A stretch of DNA of 64,000 nucleotides, from positions 162,986-226,985 of IMG/VR virus record IMGVR_UViG_3300015265_000001; one strand, given 5' to 3'. The position numbers and the translations under genes were made by a program. The notes beneath the pieces are model-generated. The model was not told the DNA's origin. It saw only the letters and a program-made list of their open reading frames with translations, and searched no databases. Shown here one piece after another: positions 57,201 through 64,000 of this stretch; positions within the stretch are counted from its first letter, which is position 1, and every line of letters starts with the position of its first letter.

Positions 57201-57988
57201 CTACCAGAATCGACCCACTCAGTGCTGTTCCAGATAAACAGCGCGCCTTCTACGAAGTAAGCCGTACCGTTGGCCAGACCTTCAGTAGGAATGGCATCCA
57301 GCTCAGCCTGAGAATTCAGACGACCGATAACCTTGATGTTACCGACCTCGCCATCCTTACCTTGCAGGCTGGCAATCCATTCTGCTTCGGTACCGATGGT
57401 AGGGTCCAGGCGTTTGGCCGTTTGGTAAGCGGATTCACCCACCAGCTTGGCCAGCCACTGAGGTTCAGTACCGGTTTCGCCGTTGGCTACCGCAACCTCG
57501 TAGGCGCTCCTGCCGTCGTCACCTTTCAGACCGATAGTGACCCAGCCGTCAGGTTGAGGAATGAGCAGCCAGATGTCGCTCTTCCAGACATACGCGTCAC
57601 CCACTTCGTTCAGGGTGTGATCCGGCAGGGCCTGGTTATCTGGCCAGGTACCCAGCAGGGTGATACCACGAGGACCCAACAGGGAACCCGAGCTTACCCA
57701 TTCAACGGCGTTCCATACTTGCAGCGAGCCTTCAACAAAGTAGGCGTCGCCTTTGCCCAGGCTTTCGGTTGGGAGAGCATCCAATTCAGCCTGGGTGATA
57801 CGACCGATAACGTTCAGACCGTTAACCACCAGAGCCAGGAACTGGTCGTAGAGGTAACGGGTACGGTTAGCCAGGAGAATAGGGGCACGGTTGTCCGGGC
57901 CATCAGGACCGCCACGGACGGGTTCCCCTTGATCGATAAGGGGGATGTCTTGGGGGAATACACTTTCTTCAGTGATGTTTGTAGGCAT
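54230..57988 (-). CDS. Long tail fibre with collagen-like, SAYExA repeat and foldon-like modules
   Basis: Gly-X-Y runs; SAYExAVxxGFxGTxxxWLASL repeats; ~50-aa knuckle repeats; DVLEFANQAAFPATGESGKIY; VVEGTTNLYFTQARVR. Confidence 0.88.
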   Translation of the reverse strand: MPTNITEESVFPQDIPLIDQGEPVRGGPDGPDNRAPILLANRTRYLYDQFLALVVNGLNVIGRITQAELDALPTESLGKGDAYFVEGSLQVWNAVEWVSSGSLLGPRGITLLGTWPDNQALPDHTLNEVGDAYVWKSDIWLLIPQPDGWVTIGLKGDDGRSAYEVAVANGETGTEPQWLAKLVGESAYQTAKRLDPTIGTEAEWIASLQGKDGEVGNIKVIGRLNSQAELDAIPTEGLANGTAYFVEGALFIWNSTEWVDSGSLLGDRGLTLLGTWPSGQALPDPSINAVGDAYLWKSDLWILIPGGAGNDPETPVWSSLGLEGPAGQSAYEIAVEDGFSGTKPQWLASLVGKDNYQLWLQAGNAGTLQDFLNTLKSTEPGPPGNEGPARSPFEVKGSQPSEAALPTPGVATEAWYVGSHLYVWVTDEAQYVDLGSVGGLSAYELAVEDGFSGTLQQWLVSLKSTVPGPDGPRGKNLTVKGTVANAAQLGNIVNPEEQDGYVTNDDGHLHILTEGVWEDVGPFRGQSTYQLWLAQGHSGSENEFLVSLKGTNGTNGTNIIIKGSVSTFTELTATPAEQDVYSVRDTNTLYAYVGGGWIPLGSFKGEDGQNGNDGANGSSITIIKVLTPEDATPPDAAANPGKAYVDLDKRIRLSIGGEWVDGGAVGAPGDKGPMGTGIKLRGVVAGPTYLPTTSVAEEGDGYFTANDKMLYVLTDGAWAGPFDITGLPGPQGKDGEKGDAGTSINILGAYNTLGDLATAHPTGNLGDGYLVGNNLAIWTTADGGKWIDIGLVRGPQGIQGVPGPQGIGKKGDKGDKGSSWITLPAGQDAPGAGFTGNIGDWAVSDSFKVYYKTADRGWVYWGQLVAGDVNSPEVSVGKVVRLGNEWVPLLVDEAPNMVDGKLYVRQLVDGSTTNEGEWVELVFPPQINEPPADGNPYMRLRLNGQLLGDWAVYTPPTLASLGGVALTELGVSVATLVNGTIPAGQLPSYVDDVLEFANQAAFPATGESGKIYIALNTNAQYRWSGSTYVGLVASPGTSDAVVEGTTNLYFTQARVRSTTLTGFSLATATAVVAADTVITAFGKLQAQINAFVPGFADVPTDTNLYLRKGDHTWVVYTPVTPGISGPAGGNDNKTYVYKNNGWIEFNQYDLAIRTISATATIDALVDQFIVVTNTGATAKTITLGDGPKSPARAKVLVMKINGAAGVITFAPTGATALVWNGGSPPALTGSRTYITFTWDGVEWTGAAGAVVP

Positions 57989-58028
57989 GACTCGTCCCTT
58001 CAGGAAATGAGTTTAAAGATGTAGGTCC

Positions 58029-58616
58029 TTACTGGTAGGTAAGAGTCCCGTCGTGCAGATACGTGCCGTCGTGGATAGCGTCAGTGATAACACCACCGTT
58101 ACTTTCAACAATCGTCAGAGTACCTACAACGGTATGTGAATCGATGGTAACCAAAGTCACCGGTTGATCAATCGAGATTTCTTCATCAGCCAGCACATAC
58201 TTGCAGCTGTTCTTGATGATTTGCAGCACTGTTGCAGCGTCTTTGGAACCCTTACTCACCAAAACTGCCCCCGACACACTATCACCCTCTCCTGACAGAA
58301 GGTAAATGCCCTGTACCGTTTTTGCCTGAAGATCAGCAAGGGCCAGCGGTGTGGGTTCAATCAGGTTAGCCGGTCCATTGGCAGTGTAGTCAGCCGGCTG
58401 ATACTTCTGGTCGACTCCTGTGAAAAGGGACGGTGAATCAACATCGACCAGGTAAGTGATGATGCCCGCATTGTCCGCTTTACGGAAATTCGAGAAAGTG
58501 ACTTGGCCGAGGGTCAGGGCTGTGAGTGCATTTACGAAGGTCGGTTCATCCTTATAGCGGTCTTGGTTATAAGCGATAAACCTGTCCAAAAACAGTTGTT
58601 CGTTTGGAAAGGCCAT
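58029..58616 (-). CDS. Probable virion protein heading the fibre operon, paralog of 38085
   Basis: Start at 58616 (MAFPNEQLFLDRF); C-terminal HDGTYLHDGT. Confidence 0.75.
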   Translation of the reverse strand: MAFPNEQLFLDRFIAYNQDRYKDEPTFVNALTALTLGQVTFSNFRKADNAGIITYLVDVDSPSLFTGVDQKYQPADYTANGPANLIEPTPLALADLQAKTVQGIYLLSGEGDSVSGAVLVSKGSKDAATVLQIIKNSCKYVLADEEISIDQPVTLVTIDSHTVVGTLTIVESNGGVITDAIHDGTYLHDGTLTYQ

Positions 58617-58685
58617 ATTTAGTTCCACAGTGGGGTCAGGGGGCTTGGAGCATAAAATCAAAAGTAAAATATAATAGCCAAACCT

Positions 58686-58719
58686 ATTAAGTTATAATAA
58701 AACTCAAACCTACATTATT
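58686..58719 (+). promoter_or_regulatory. Class II promoter
   Basis: ATTAAGTT-N15(ataataaaactcaaa)-CCTACATTATT. Confidence 0.65.
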
Positions 58720-58762
58720 TACTTGTAAACCCATTTCTTTTTAAAAATTAGCAGGGGCATTT

Positions 58763-59197
58763 ATGACTACCGAACAAAAGAAAGCTAAAGTCGTTATCCG
58801 TGCTAACGAAGACGGGATCGACGTGAACTATGGCCCATTGGTTGCTGGTAACCTCAATGGTTTGCCGTTCATTGCTGAGGACTGGTACCTCGACATGCTC
58901 AAGTTGCCGTACGTGGTAATGGACACGATTCCGCCTTTCCTGTTCGACTACAGACTGGATGTAGAGCTCAGCGAGACCAGTGGTCGCAAGATCATCATCC
59001 ACGTATTGGATATGGCCGACATTGCGCAGCTGGGTCTTGAGTTCTCCAAGGTAGGCGGTGGTCGCTGGGTAGGTGCGGGTCCTGGCGGTTGCTGGCAGCA
59101 GACCTGGCGCAATGGTGCGGTGGAGAACCCACATCAAACCATTGATAAGTTCTACATTGGTATGACCCAGGAACAGATCGAACGTTCCAAGTTCTGA
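58763..59197 (+). CDS. Hypothetical protein
   Basis: AGGGG RBS. Confidence 0.8.
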   Translation: MTTEQKKAKVVIRANEDGIDVNYGPLVAGNLNGLPFIAEDWYLDMLKLPYVVMDTIPPFLFDYRLDVELSETSGRKIIIHVLDMADIAQLGLEFSKVGGGRWVGAGPGGCWQQTWRNGAVENPHQTIDKFYIGMTQEQIERSKF

Positions 59198-59206
59198 GGA
59201 GGCTCT

Positions 59207-59314
59207 ATGGCCAGAAGACGTGTTAACAGGCAAGCACTGATCATTTTCTTGATTCAGGTGTTCGGTCCTTTCATTGCGATTGGAATCGCTGCTTTGATCG
59301 GACCTTTGCACTAG
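59207..59314 (+). CDS. Small membrane peptide (35 aa; not in track)
   Basis: GAGGAGG RBS; MARRRVNRQALIIFLIQVFGPFIAIGIAALIGPLH. Confidence 0.65.
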   Translation: MARRRVNRQALIIFLIQVFGPFIAIGIAALIGPLH

Positions 59315-59326
59315 CGAGGTAATGCG

Positions 59327-59590
59327 ATGGACGGTAGTCAAGGTGGTAAAGTCTTTTTAGGCATTAGCAAACTTAACGGCGGGCTGTTCATCGCAGATCA
59401 GGATGTTCTGATCAAATTAAAGGTTTGCTTTCGACCTTACAAAAGCAAGTACGAGTACAAAAGCTTTAATGTTCCAACTGTGTACGCGATGACTCGCGGC
59501 TGTGAAAAGCTGTTGGTTGCGCACTTTAATAAACATCGGATTGACGTGCGAGTCATGCTTGAGTATTCCGCGCGCAAGAAACCCATCTAG
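59327..59590 (+). CDS. Hypothetical protein
   Basis: GAGG RBS. Confidence 0.7.
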   Translation: MDGSQGGKVFLGISKLNGGLFIADQDVLIKLKVCFRPYKSKYEYKSFNVPTVYAMTRGCEKLLVAHFNKHRIDVRVMLEYSARKKPI

Positions 59591-59599
59591 GAGAAGGTA

Positions 59600-60016
59600 A
59601 TGGGAGAAGTAGTTAGTCTCGGCGAGCACAAAGCTCGTAAGCTGGGGTTCCCTGATCATGTTGCTGTAGGGACCTACATCGATGCAAACGGTCATCAGTG
59701 TGTTCGTTTGAAGCCCAAGGACGAAGTGAATGGCAAGTTCCTCAATGCCGTTCAGTACAAAGCAAAGACCGAATCCAAACCTTTCAATTACCATCCCGGT
59801 GTGATTGAGCAGAAGATCACCGAGATTCAAACTCTACTGCAACAAGGTCTTGACTGCATGGCTTACATGCCTCAGCTCAGAACTGTTGCGGCTCGTGAAC
59901 AAGCTGTACTGGATTCGATGAAGTTTCGCGAACGGGCTGACAAGCTGGCAGCCGAGAATGGTTGGGTCATCCGTAAGGGCGCTGATAACGAGTTCATTAT
60001 CAGTCCTAAGGAGTAG
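59600..60016 (+). CDS. Hypothetical protein
   Basis: AGGAG RBS; starts MGEVVSL. Confidence 0.8.
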   Translation: MGEVVSLGEHKARKLGFPDHVAVGTYIDANGHQCVRLKPKDEVNGKFLNAVQYKAKTESKPFNYHPGVIEQKITEIQTLLQQGLDCMAYMPQLRTVAAREQAVLDSMKFRERADKLAAENGWVIRKGADNEFIISPKE

Positions 60017-60018
60017 CC

Positions 60019-60525
60019 ATGAAACAGAAGCGATTACTGAAGCTTTTGTTTTGGCATCATGGTGATCTCTACTTTCCTGATAGCTACAGGAATGTGGAAG
60101 AAGTTGATACAGCGTTAACAGCTTTCGTTAGCAATCGTGAGTCCACCGAGCGCTGGGATCAGATAAATGATCTCCGTATGCGCGTACAGATTCACGATGC
60201 AATGAAAGCCCGTGGGCGGTGGTGGGAGTATGTAAACGACCCCGTGTTTGATAAACACCAGCCCATGGTGGAATTGAACAGGCAGCTGATCAAAGCAGAA
60301 CTGTTACATCCCGGTACCCTGGAGTGGCCTCCAGTTATAAAGCTCTGTCAACTGGGTGATCACTTTGTGGTTTTCATGGAAGGGCCTGATAAAAGTAACA
60401 CACGGTTCTTCGTACAAAGAAGTCACGCAGATCGTTACTTCGAACACTTGATCTGGGGCCATTCTCGCAAGGGTGAACCCGGCACACCAGAATACGGCTA
60501 CCGCGCAATACCAGTAGCTGCTTAA
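60019..60525 (+). CDS. Hypothetical protein
   Basis: AAGGAG RBS. Confidence 0.75.
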   Translation: MKQKRLLKLLFWHHGDLYFPDSYRNVEEVDTALTAFVSNRESTERWDQINDLRMRVQIHDAMKARGRWWEYVNDPVFDKHQPMVELNRQLIKAELLHPGTLEWPPVIKLCQLGDHFVVFMEGPDKSNTRFFVQRSHADRYFEHLIWGHSRKGEPGTPEYGYRAIPVAA

Positions 60526-60538
60526 AGGAATAAAGACA

Positions 60539-61591
60539 ATGATGAATAAGCTGAATGCTCACAAAGACATGTTCTTCCTCGTTGAAGAGGCGAACGGTAC
60601 CAGCGACAGCCCTATCCTTAACTACCTGGTTAAGACCACGCTTAAGTGTAAGCATGGGGGAATGGATTTCTTTGCCGTCTTCCAAGACGAAGGCGATTCC
60701 AATGCTCCAAAGGGCTACTTCTTTGAGAAGGGCCGTTTCTTTACTGAGCGGCGTTACGCGAAGGAGTTCATCGACAAAGCTCAGAAAGACTTCAGCGTGT
60801 ATGACAACCTGCTGATCAACGGCTTGTCGCTGGAACAGGCGCAAGAGTGGTTGGATACGTTAACCGCTCTGGAGTACCAACGTCGTGCTGATCCGTATCG
60901 GTACGAGCAAGGCGCCGTTTATCGAGAGTACGCTGGCGTTCAAGTGATCGGCGAACGTCGTTCCCTCAAGTTGTTGGAACTAATGGGGGAAGAGGAAGAG
61001 CTTCCAGAGTACGAGGGTAATCACGACGATTACTTCTGCATCCGGGTAGATCTGACCGAACACCAGGATGAAAGCGTGATGGCACATTTGTACGTGAAGG
61101 AGAAGCACGATCTGGTTCCGGTCATGAACCAGCTGTTTGACACCTTCATCAACATTGAAGTTGTTGTGGACAGTGTCGAGCGACTGGTATCGCTGTTGGC
61201 CGAGCCAGCACATGAGGGGAAACTCTATGCCCCTGGTTCTCTCGATCGATTCGCTCATAATGAGGAGCAGGTTCTTCCTTATGACGATCTGGTCGTTAGC
61301 AGAATTGGCGGCATCGTCACGTACGGTCGAGCGACGGACTTTAACCTTCTGGGGTTGCGTATCTTACCAGGTCAGAAAGTTGAAGAAGCGTTCACTGACT
61401 ACCATTTGGCGGTCAGAACATCCGGGCACAGCGAGATCCTCTTCTGGGCACGTGACGCTGATCTGCTTGCGATGTTGGCACAGGCAATCACCGTTATGGT
61501 GAAGAAGTCTGTGGTGGCGATCATGAAAGGCACCAAAGTTCAAAGTACTTTCTTCGACGGGGTTCAACAACCGAAACCTCGTCACACTTAA
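60539..61591 (+). CDS. Hypothetical protein
   Basis: 350-aa ORF. Confidence 0.8.
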   Translation: MMNKLNAHKDMFFLVEEANGTSDSPILNYLVKTTLKCKHGGMDFFAVFQDEGDSNAPKGYFFEKGRFFTERRYAKEFIDKAQKDFSVYDNLLINGLSLEQAQEWLDTLTALEYQRRADPYRYEQGAVYREYAGVQVIGERRSLKLLELMGEEEELPEYEGNHDDYFCIRVDLTEHQDESVMAHLYVKEKHDLVPVMNQLFDTFINIEVVVDSVERLVSLLAEPAHEGKLYAPGSLDRFAHNEEQVLPYDDLVVSRIGGIVTYGRATDFNLLGLRILPGQKVEEAFTDYHLAVRTSGHSEILFWARDADLLAMLAQAITVMVKKSVVAIMKGTKVQSTFFDGVQQPKPRHT

Positions 61592-61610
61592 ATATAAAGG
61601 AGTATGGCGT

Positions 61611-61904
61611 ATGGCAAGTGAAACAGCGGTGTTGAGTGGGGCGCTTCTTCGTGACGCAATCCATCGTAAAGCCAAGGCCATCTTTGGTAACATGGAACTG
61701 AACTCACGGATCCAGCAAGACCGTGAGTTCCACAAGCAATTCGTTCTTGCTCCAGGTGTAGACTTGTATCCAAAAAAGAAACGTAAGACCGATCCGGATA
61801 AATGTGCGACGGGTCTTATTGGTCATCTGGCCGAGGTTGCAATTCACATCTTGCCGGAAGAAGAAGCACTTGTTTACTTCCAGGTTCGCTGCGATTACGA
61901 CTAA
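61611..61904 (+). CDS. Hypothetical protein
   Basis: AAGGAG RBS. Confidence 0.75.
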   Translation: MASETAVLSGALLRDAIHRKAKAIFGNMELNSRIQQDREFHKQFVLAPGVDLYPKKKRKTDPDKCATGLIGHLAEVAIHILPEEEALVYFQVRCDYD

Positions 61905-61922
61905 GGCAATAAGGAGCAATGT

Positions 61923-62123
61923 GTGGAAAATGATGAAGTGGTAGAACCTAAGACACGTATCACGTGGGCAGGTCTGGCGTCCTTCATGATCTTCATGGTC
62001 ATGTGGGTTGCCGGGTGGGTGTTAGCCAAGGGTTTCTGGAGCACCCTCTTCTCGGTCATCTTCTTCCCCTGGGGTTGGTACTTGGTGGTAGAGAAGATCA
62101 TGATCGCCTACGGACTGGCGTGA
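61923..62123 (+). CDS. Small membrane protein
   Basis: Two hydrophobic Trp-rich helices. Confidence 0.75.
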   Translation: MENDEVVEPKTRITWAGLASFMIFMVMWVAGWVLAKGFWSTLFSVIFFPWGWYLVVEKIMIAYGLA

Positions 62124-62125
62124 TG

Positions 62126-62165
62126 TAAAGCCTCTGCCCTTTATTGGGCGGAGGTTTATTTTTTA
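62126..62165 (+). terminator. Rho-independent terminator
   Basis: CCTCTGCCC / GGGCGGAGG then TTTATTTTTT. Confidence 0.75.
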
Positions 62166-62195
62166 AGATACATTCTTTTTTGGACCTATATTACC
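62162..62195 (+). promoter_or_regulatory. Class I early promoter
   Basis: TTTAAGAT-N15(acattcttttttgga)-CCTATATTACC. Confidence 0.85.
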
Positions 62196-62244
62196 AATGT
62201 GATTAAGACAATAAGTCTTTCACTAACGTTTAGAGGATTCCTTT

Positions 62245-62613
62245 ATGAGCACTGCAAACAACACTGTTACCCGTCGTCGCGTTGTAGCCACCATGTATCG
62301 TGGCAAATCCAAAGAAGTCATTATGGTTCGTTACTACAACTATTTTGACACTGCAATGCCTCGCATGTTGCAGCTGGCTATCACCCAATGCAACGAAGGC
62401 GACTTCATCGAATTCGCCAGTACCGAGATCGGTCACCAGCTCGGTATCCTCCGCATTCTCAAAGGCGGTCGTTTCGAGATGGAAATGAGTGACCTGGTTA
62501 AGGCCAGTCCATCTCTGCTCAAACTCATGAACGAAGATCACAATTACACCAACAGTTTGGTGACTGCGGCCATGAAGAAAGCCACCGCTAATCAATCGCG
62601 TTCTATTCACTAA
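62245..62613 (+). CDS. Hypothetical early protein
   Basis: GAGGA RBS; first gene after a class I promoter. Confidence 0.8.
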   Translation: MSTANNTVTRRRVVATMYRGKSKEVIMVRYYNYFDTAMPRMLQLAITQCNEGDFIEFASTEIGHQLGILRILKGGRFEMEMSDLVKASPSLLKLMNEDHNYTNSLVTAAMKKATANQSRSIH

Positions 62614-62623
62614 GGAGAAGAAC

Positions 62624-63229
62624 ATGCAACTCCATTCCAAAGCACGCGCTGTAGGCCAAATCACTTTCCCAGAGTTCTCGGGCGCCCATGTCTACATGGC
62701 ACGTAATCTGGTCGGCCATCCGCTGGAAGGTGTTCCAGAAGCCTATCACGATATCGTGAACGGTATGCTCAGCCAGGCAGGTATCCCGGAGCATACCGGC
62801 TTCTACATCACCATCGACGAGCAATTCCTCAAGAAGGACACCAAGCTCCGTCGTGGCGGCGTGCATATTGACGGCAACTACCTGTTCAGTTGGGGCAGCA
62901 GTGGCGGCTGGCTCAATGGCACTCCTGGCCGCATGCTGACCGAAGATCAGCACCGCCTGCAATACCAATCCGAACTGGGTGGTGTTGTAATGGCAAGCAG
63001 CTTTGTTGCTTGTGAAGGGTTCCTCGGAACTGTTGACGGCGCAGCTGGTCATGGCGGTGACTGTGAGCACCTGCGTGATCAGTTAGGCAAGATGGAAAGT
63101 TTCTGGCTCCAGGAAAACGTTGTTTACCTGGGTAACTCGACCTTTGTTCATGAAGGTCATGTGGTCAGTCAGGATACCAACCGTCAACTGATCCGCATCA
63201 CACTCGACACCACTTTCCAGTATCGGTGA
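62624..63229 (+). CDS. Probable 2OG-Fe(II) oxygenase-like protein
   Basis: RRGGVHIDG (HxD), FVHEG (distal His), RQLIRITL (terminal Arg strand). Confidence 0.65.
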   Translation: MQLHSKARAVGQITFPEFSGAHVYMARNLVGHPLEGVPEAYHDIVNGMLSQAGIPEHTGFYITIDEQFLKKDTKLRRGGVHIDGNYLFSWGSSGGWLNGTPGRMLTEDQHRLQYQSELGGVVMASSFVACEGFLGTVDGAAGHGGDCEHLRDQLGKMESFWLQENVVYLGNSTFVHEGHVVSQDTNRQLIRITLDTTFQYR

Positions 63230-63234
63230 CGGTT

Positions 63235-63444
63235 ATGGGTAAGGTCGTCAACATTGAAGACTATCGAAAAGAAACCCTGGATCAAATCTGGGATCGGATC
63301 GAGAGTATTCGCAACGTTATACATGCAGTAATGCAGGACAGGCGTAGCACGGTTCTTGACTTTGAAAGGGTTCAGTTGTTAAAGCCCCTCAAAGACTACC
63401 TCGTTAACAAAGCCTACGCACGTATACAAAGTTCTGCTCGTTAA
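63235..63444 (+). CDS. Small hypothetical protein
   Basis: MGKVVNIEDYRKE (GTG at 63226 is an alternative start). Confidence 0.7.
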   Translation: MGKVVNIEDYRKETLDQIWDRIESIRNVIHAVMQDRRSTVLDFERVQLLKPLKDYLVNKAYARIQSSAR

Positions 63445-63466
63445 CCTTAACTATTGGAGATTTACC

Positions 63467-63640
63467 ATGGAATACAAACAAGGTCTTGAAAAAGCAACTG
63501 CGCTGTTGGCCTCTGCTCCTGAGAACATCGTAGACACAATTCCACCTATGCCGCAAGAGTTCGTCGACAAGGTTCATGCAGAAGGTGGTCGTATCACCCA
63601 CCGCGGCATTGTCTACGATCAGCCAAAAGCTACGCAGTAA
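63467..63640 (+). CDS. Small hypothetical protein (57 aa; not in track)
   Basis: GGAG RBS; MEYKQGLEKATALLASAP... Confidence 0.65.
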   Translation: MEYKQGLEKATALLASAPENIVDTIPPMPQEFVDKVHAEGGRITHRGIVYDQPKATQ

Positions 63641-63652
63641 GCAACTCAATTA

Positions 63653-63675
63653 TCAGGGGTCGCTCTGACCCCTGA
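63653..63675 (+). terminator. Hairpin
   Basis: TCAGGGGTC...GACCCCTGA. Confidence 0.5.
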
Positions 63676-63692
63676 AACTATGGAGAATAATC

Positions 63693-63959
63693 ATGGGACA
63701 AGTCCTTCCACTTTTCCAGAACAAGCCTGCGGTATACTGCCGTAGCCAAAAGGCCATTGACCTGGACAGGAAACTCAAAATGCTCAAGCACATCGAGCAG
63801 CTTGAGTTCACTAAAAAGTGTTTTGTCGATCTTGTCCCTCAGTTGGAGAATCCGGCGGATTCTTTTACTGCTCGGCAGATGGCGGCAGAAACACAACGCG
63901 ATATCGACAAAGCTGTTGCTGTGTACACTGGCTTCTACGGCCCAATCGATAACTGGTAA
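63693..63959 (+). CDS. Small hypothetical protein
   Basis: GGAG RBS; starts MGQVLPL. Confidence 0.75.
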   Translation: MGQVLPLFQNKPAVYCRSQKAIDLDRKLKMLKHIEQLEFTKKCFVDLVPQLENPADSFTARQMAAETQRDIDKAVAVYTGFYGPIDNW

Positions 63960-63966
63960 TCCGTTA

Positions 63967-64000
63967 TACTCCTCCTAACCCACGTGGGTTAGGAGGAGTA
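63967..64000. repeat. Perfect 34-bp palindrome / terminator
   Basis: TACTCCTCCTAACCCAC|GTGGGTTAGGAGGAGTA. Confidence 0.9.

Noticed and set aside
54656-58024. 1122-aa + strand ORF opposite the tail fibre, and similar long antisense ORFs (7168-8652, 11714-12844, 36667-37821, 16186-17166)
   Set aside because: These are antisense shadows of strongly codon-biased genes: same codon frame, no RBS, no motifs, atypical composition.
36044-58654. TATG late-promoter motifs before groEL, 38085, 47118 and the fibre operon
   Set aside because: A 4-mer occurs too often by chance to call without TSS data, although the positions are compatible with phiKZ late promoters.
1-64000. tRNA, rRNA, CRISPR array, IS/transposase, intron or intein
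   Set aside because: No cloverleaf with T-loop and CCA, no regularly spaced direct repeats, no DDE/HUH motifs and no intein Cys...HN ends recognised by eye. A tRNAscan/Infernal run would be needed to exclude them formally.

Overview
This window comes from a large lytic phage genome of the phiKZ/EL-like jumbo myovirus (Chimalliviridae-type) lineage. The lineage is inferred from phiKZ-type TATATTAC early promoters, an SbcC/Rad50 ATPase divergent from a spike-like gene, an NAD-dependent ligase, RNase H, a phage GroEL and a tail-fibre cluster. A Pseudomonas-like host is plausible but not demonstrable from sequence. About 100 genes are tightly packed, nearly all on +. The exceptions are a partial spike-like gene (1-703) and a minus-strand tail operon (47871-58616). 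Recognisable enzymes are SbcC, LigA, RNase HI, a DHH phosphoesterase, an Acb1/T4-57B-like 2H phosphoesterase, a tandem nucleotidyltransferase pair, a GNAT, GroEL and a probable 2OG-Fe(II) oxygenase. The rest are mostly unknown accessory proteins, many in paralog pairs or triplets. The most notable signals are: (1) near-exact fragments of NTPase motifs (EF-Tu G1, DnaB/RecA) embedded in unrelated phage proteins; (2) a seven-domain lectin-like tail paralog array with variable C-termini and no reverse transcriptase in the window; (3) a multi-element promoter in two co-varying classes (10 copies); (4) several candidate counter-defence genes (Acb1-like, pseudo-NTase, HicB-like). No tRNA, rRNA, CRISPR array or IS element was recognised. 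All family assignments are by-eye motif recognition and recalled knowledge; no searches were run.
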